DNA of 47,421 bases from a bacterium (lineage in GTDB: Bacteria > Patescibacteriota > Minisyncoccia > Minisyncoccales > JAZDGI01). Where the stretch lies: contig JAZDGI010000018.1 in NCBI GenBank assembly GCA_043807085.1, positions 1-47,421 of the forward strand, in the 5' to 3' direction. Every line of letters starts with the position of its first letter. Position 1 is the stretch's first letter. Below, in pieces: positions 44,761 to 47,421 of the stretch. Position numbers and translations under genes: made by a program. The notes under the pieces are model-generated. The model was not told the DNA's origin, did no database searches, and worked only from the letters and a program-made list of their open reading frames with translations.

Positions 44761-45432
44761 TTAAAAATAATCCTGCTTCTTTTGGGAAAGAAACTCCTGG
44801 AGAATCAAGCCGGAATCGCGCCATTCTTTTGCCGCTTCGCGGCCAATAAAACGATAGTGCCAAGGCTCATATTGATAGCCGGTAATTTCCTCCTTGCCTT
44901 CGGGATAGCTCAATGCGAAACCGAATTTCCAAGCGTTCTCTTCTAGCCATTTCCCTTGTTTTGTTTTAGCAAAAGCCGCAGTTAAATCAATATAGCTGTC
45001 GCCGGTCCCAAAATCAATTGCCGCGCCCATTTGATGCTCCGAATGTCCGGCTTCAGCCGAAAATCTGGCAGCGTTTTCATCTCGTTTCTTATAAAAAGCG
45101 AAGAGCCCTTTTTGAGTTTCATAACTCCTATAGGCTGAGATTATTTTCAAAGGAGCGCCGTCTCTATAAGCTTTATCCATTAAAAGAGCCAAATCAAGGA
45201 AAACAGGAAAGCGGATATATTTCCCCGGAGCATTCAGGCTGTAAAGCTCCACTAAATCATTCGGCGCGTATTGTAAAATCGTATTCTCTTTATTGATCAA
45301 ATTGAAAAGGTAATTGCCGTTTTTTAACATAAAAGCCAAAAAATTTTCTTTAACAATTACCTCTCCCAATATGTTGTTAAACAAAAAAAATAAAACAGCT
45401 GTAAGGATTAACGCTAAAATTATTTTTTTCAT
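44761..45432 (-). CDS. M15B (VanY/LdcB-like) D-Ala-D-Ala or LD-carboxypeptidase
   Basis: Signal anchor MKKIILAL, ISAYRSYETQ, SEHQMGAAID and YEPWHYRF; start reassigned to 45432. Confidence 0.9.
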   Translation of the reverse strand: MKKIILALILTAVLFFLFNNILGEVIVKENFLAFMLKNGNYLFNLINKENTILQYAPNDLVELYSLNAPGKYIRFPVFLDLALLMDKAYRDGAPLKIISAYRSYETQKGLFAFYKKRDENAARFSAEAGHSEHQMGAAIDFGTGDSYIDLTAAFAKTKQGKWLEENAWKFGFALSYPEGKEEITGYQYEPWHYRFIGREAAKEWRDSGLILQEFLSQKKQDYF

Positions 45433-45450
45433 AACCTTGCCGTTATTCTG

Positions 45451-45521
45451 TCGGGGCGCTGGGAATTGAACCCAGTCTACATCCTCCCGAAGGATGCGTA
45501 CTGCCGGCATACTCCGCCCCG
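45451..45521 (-). tRNA. tRNA-Pro(CGG)
   Basis: Acceptor CGGGGCG/CGCCCCG-A, anticodon arm CATCC-TT-CGG-GA-GGATG; non-canonical G8 and G14. Confidence 0.85.
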
Positions 45522-45526
45522 CAATC

Positions 45527-46984
45527 CTATGTCACCCAGTATTTTTCTTTGGTCATTTTGTCTTTTTTCATCTCTATGTCTTCTTTCTCTTTTTCTGCCT
45601 TTTGAGCCAAAGAATTAAGCTCTTTGTCTGAAAGCCCGCCCAGCCTTTTTGCCTCCTCTGTCAAAAATTTTTTGTTATTTTTCTTAGGCTCTTCTAAGAC
45701 ATAGCCAAGTAGGACATCCAAAATTTGTCCTACCTTGGGTCCGGCCGAAATCTTCAAAATTTTCATAACATCATTCCCGTTAACCTTAATCATCTTCGCC
45801 GATATCGGGTCTTGAGAAACTTTCTCAAAAAGGTATTTTAAATGCCTTAATTTGTAAGGTTCGGCCTTGGGAACGCCAGAGCCAATCCTGTCGGCCATTC
45901 TGACCTGCAAAAGCTTTTCAACATTTTCTTGTCCTACCTTCATCAGCAATCTCCTGGCCGAGCTTTCGCCCACCTCTCCGGGATTATAGTAAAAAAGGTG
46001 GTATCTTACCAGCTTGAAAATTTTCTCTGCTTCCTTGCGCGGGAACCTTAATCTTTCCAAGATCTTGGCTGTCATGCTGGCTCCCACTATTTCATGGTTG
46101 TAAAAAGTGGAATCCTGGCCTTCGCCCTGCTTAACCCTGGGCTTGCCAATATCATGGAATAAACTGGCTATTCTGACCTCTTTGGCGAATTTCTGCGAAA
46201 CCGCGTATTTCAAAGAAAGCAGACAATGCTCCCAGCAGTCATAAATATGGTGCTTGTTTTGGCCCACTTTATAGCCTTCTTCAAGTTCGGGAACAATCTG
46301 CTTTAGCAAACCCAGCTCACGCAAATCCTCAATCCCTTGAGCGGCTCTGCCTGACATAATGATTTTAACGAATTCGTCCCTGACTCTCTCTTTGGAAATA
46401 ACCTGTAAAAAAGACGCGTTCTTTTTTATCGCCTCCCTTGTTTCCGGTTCAATTTTGAAATCCAAAACCGCAGCCAGTCTTATTGCCCTCGTCATTCTCA
46501 AGGCATCCTCGCTAAACCTGTCTGCCGGATTGCCCACCGCCCTGATTATCTTTGCATCCAAATCTTTCTGGCCATCGTACGGGTCGTATATCTTGAAATC
46601 GGATTTCCGCAAATCAAGCGCGATCGCATTCACCGTAAAATCTCGGCGGGCCAGGTCTTCCTGCAAAGTTTTGGCGAACCTAATCTCATCCGGATGCCTT
46701 TTATCGGAATATTTCGCTTCCAGCCGAAAAGTGGTGATTTCAATTTCTTTTAATTTTGGGTCTTTGTTTTGGGTCTTTACTGTAACAGTTAAAAAATTAT
46801 TTTCGTAAAAATTCTTGGGGAAAATTTTTTGAATTTGTTCTGGTTGGGCATCAGTGGTAATGTCCCAGTCTTCCGGTTCCCTTCCCCTTAAAATATCCCT
46901 GACGCAGCCGCCGACAATATAAGCCTCAAAACCAGCTTTCTGGAGCTTGTTTATAATAGTTTTTATCTCTTTGGGGATTTCCAT
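45527..46984 (-). CDS. cca: CCA-adding tRNA nucleotidyltransferase with an HD domain
   Basis: VGGCVRD, DWDITT, DLARRDFTVNA, RFSEDALR and FHDIGKP. Confidence 0.9.
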   Translation of the reverse strand: MEIPKEIKTIINKLQKAGFEAYIVGGCVRDILRGREPEDWDITTDAQPEQIQKIFPKNFYENNFLTVTVKTQNKDPKLKEIEITTFRLEAKYSDKRHPDEIRFAKTLQEDLARRDFTVNAIALDLRKSDFKIYDPYDGQKDLDAKIIRAVGNPADRFSEDALRMTRAIRLAAVLDFKIEPETREAIKKNASFLQVISKERVRDEFVKIIMSGRAAQGIEDLRELGLLKQIVPELEEGYKVGQNKHHIYDCWEHCLLSLKYAVSQKFAKEVRIASLFHDIGKPRVKQGEGQDSTFYNHEIVGASMTAKILERLRFPRKEAEKIFKLVRYHLFYYNPGEVGESSARRLLMKVGQENVEKLLQVRMADRIGSGVPKAEPYKLRHLKYLFEKVSQDPISAKMIKVNGNDVMKILKISAGPKVGQILDVLLGYVLEEPKKNNKKFLTEEAKRLGGLSDKELNSLAQKAEKEKEDIEMKKDKMTKEKYWVT

Positions 46985-47044
46985 CTTTTTTATCTTATCC
47001 TAAAAATTGATTTTTATCAATTTTTTGGATAAAATAAGCGAACC

Positions 47045-47119
47045 GCCCCCGTAGCTTAACGGATAAAGTGCCACGCTTCGGACGTGGTGATGAGGGTTCG
47101 ATTCCTTCCGGGGGCACCA
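47045..47119 (+). tRNA. tRNA-Arg(TCG), CCA encoded
   Basis: Acceptor GCCCCCG/CGGGGGC-ACCA, anticodon arm CCACG-CT-TCG-GA-CGTGG. Confidence 0.93.
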
Positions 47120-47178
47120 AAACGAGCATGTGGGAAGCCGGGCTTCACACCTTTCAGTTTTTATTCTAGAATAATTTA

Positions 47179-47421
47179 ATGATGAAAAAATCTTTTTATA
47201 TTTTCTTAGCGCTCTCAATCGCTGGCATATTGTTTTTTAATTTATCGCCAAAAGCGACAGCCGTATCCGCTCCGACTCCGCTTTCCCCCTGCGACAATGA
47301 TCCGGTTTCTTTAACGCCCCAGCTTGTCTGGACAGACCCTTCTGGCTCTGCTAAAACGTACATTTTGGAATTTGAAATTAAAGACAGCGAACAAAAATGG
47401 AAGCCTTTAGGCTTAGGCCTC
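47179..47421 (+). CDS. Secreted protein with the start of an FN3-like domain; 3' truncated by the window edge
   Basis: Not in the ORF track. MMKKSFYIFLALSIAGILFF signal, then APTPLSP...VSLTPQLVW, similar to VPTGLSP...ISLNPALGW in the 7526-9817 protein. Confidence 0.7.
   Translation, partial: MMKKSFYIFLALSIAGILFFNLSPKATAVSAPTPLSPCDNDPVSLTPQLVWTDPSGSAKTYILEFEIKDSEQKWKPLGLGL

Noticed and set aside
45433-45510. N-terminal extension of the M15 peptidase into tRNA-Pro (also the extended starts of rpsA, rbfA and the 32057 pilin)
   Set aside because: Downstream ATGs give proper signal peptides or family N-termini without the overlaps.
765-47119. tRNA-rich region as a phage or ICE tRNA array
   Set aside because: The tRNAs are non-redundant, on both strands and interspersed with core genes, with no phage structural genes.
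1-47421. Alternative genetic code (UGA read as Gly, as in Gracilibacteria and Absconditabacteria)
   Set aside because: Core genes are full length in code 11, and TGA serves as the stop for gyrA, clpP and pilM.

Overview
This window looks like chromosomal DNA from a Patescibacteria (CPR), Parcubacteria-type genome. That assignment is inferred from compact core genes, a CPR-style type IV pilus cluster, TrbC/VirB2-like pilins and sparse Shine-Dalgarno use. It opens with the C-terminal part of a large serine recombinase that runs antisense into tRNA-Ser(GCT), probably the edge of an integrated element. Housekeeping genes follow: recG, valS, gyrA (with a 445-aa LAGLIDADG intein next to the catalytic Tyr), rpsA, ftsH, rplS, rimI, rbfA, infB, htrA, rny, clpP, hppA, nusA and cca. 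Also present are a T4P operon led by a two-component system, two pilin-domain surface proteins and 22 tRNA genes. The strongest unexplained signals are these. (1) A tRNA set that seems to avoid modification enzymes: Ile(UAU), Arg(GCG) plus Arg(UCG), and six T-loops lacking U55. (2) ftsH and rbfA end inside tRNA genes, using U8-A9-G10 as their stop codon. (3) A related hairpin repeat unit regenerates the 3' end of two different tRNA-Gly genes. (4) Palindromic elements sit in frame in recG. (5) An Ig-domain adhesin is fused to a VirB2-like pilin. (6) A self-contained orphan cassette encodes a cold-shock-like domain. (7) Several genes appear to have leaderless promoters. No CRISPR array or rRNA was seen. 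All calls were made by eye, with no database searches.
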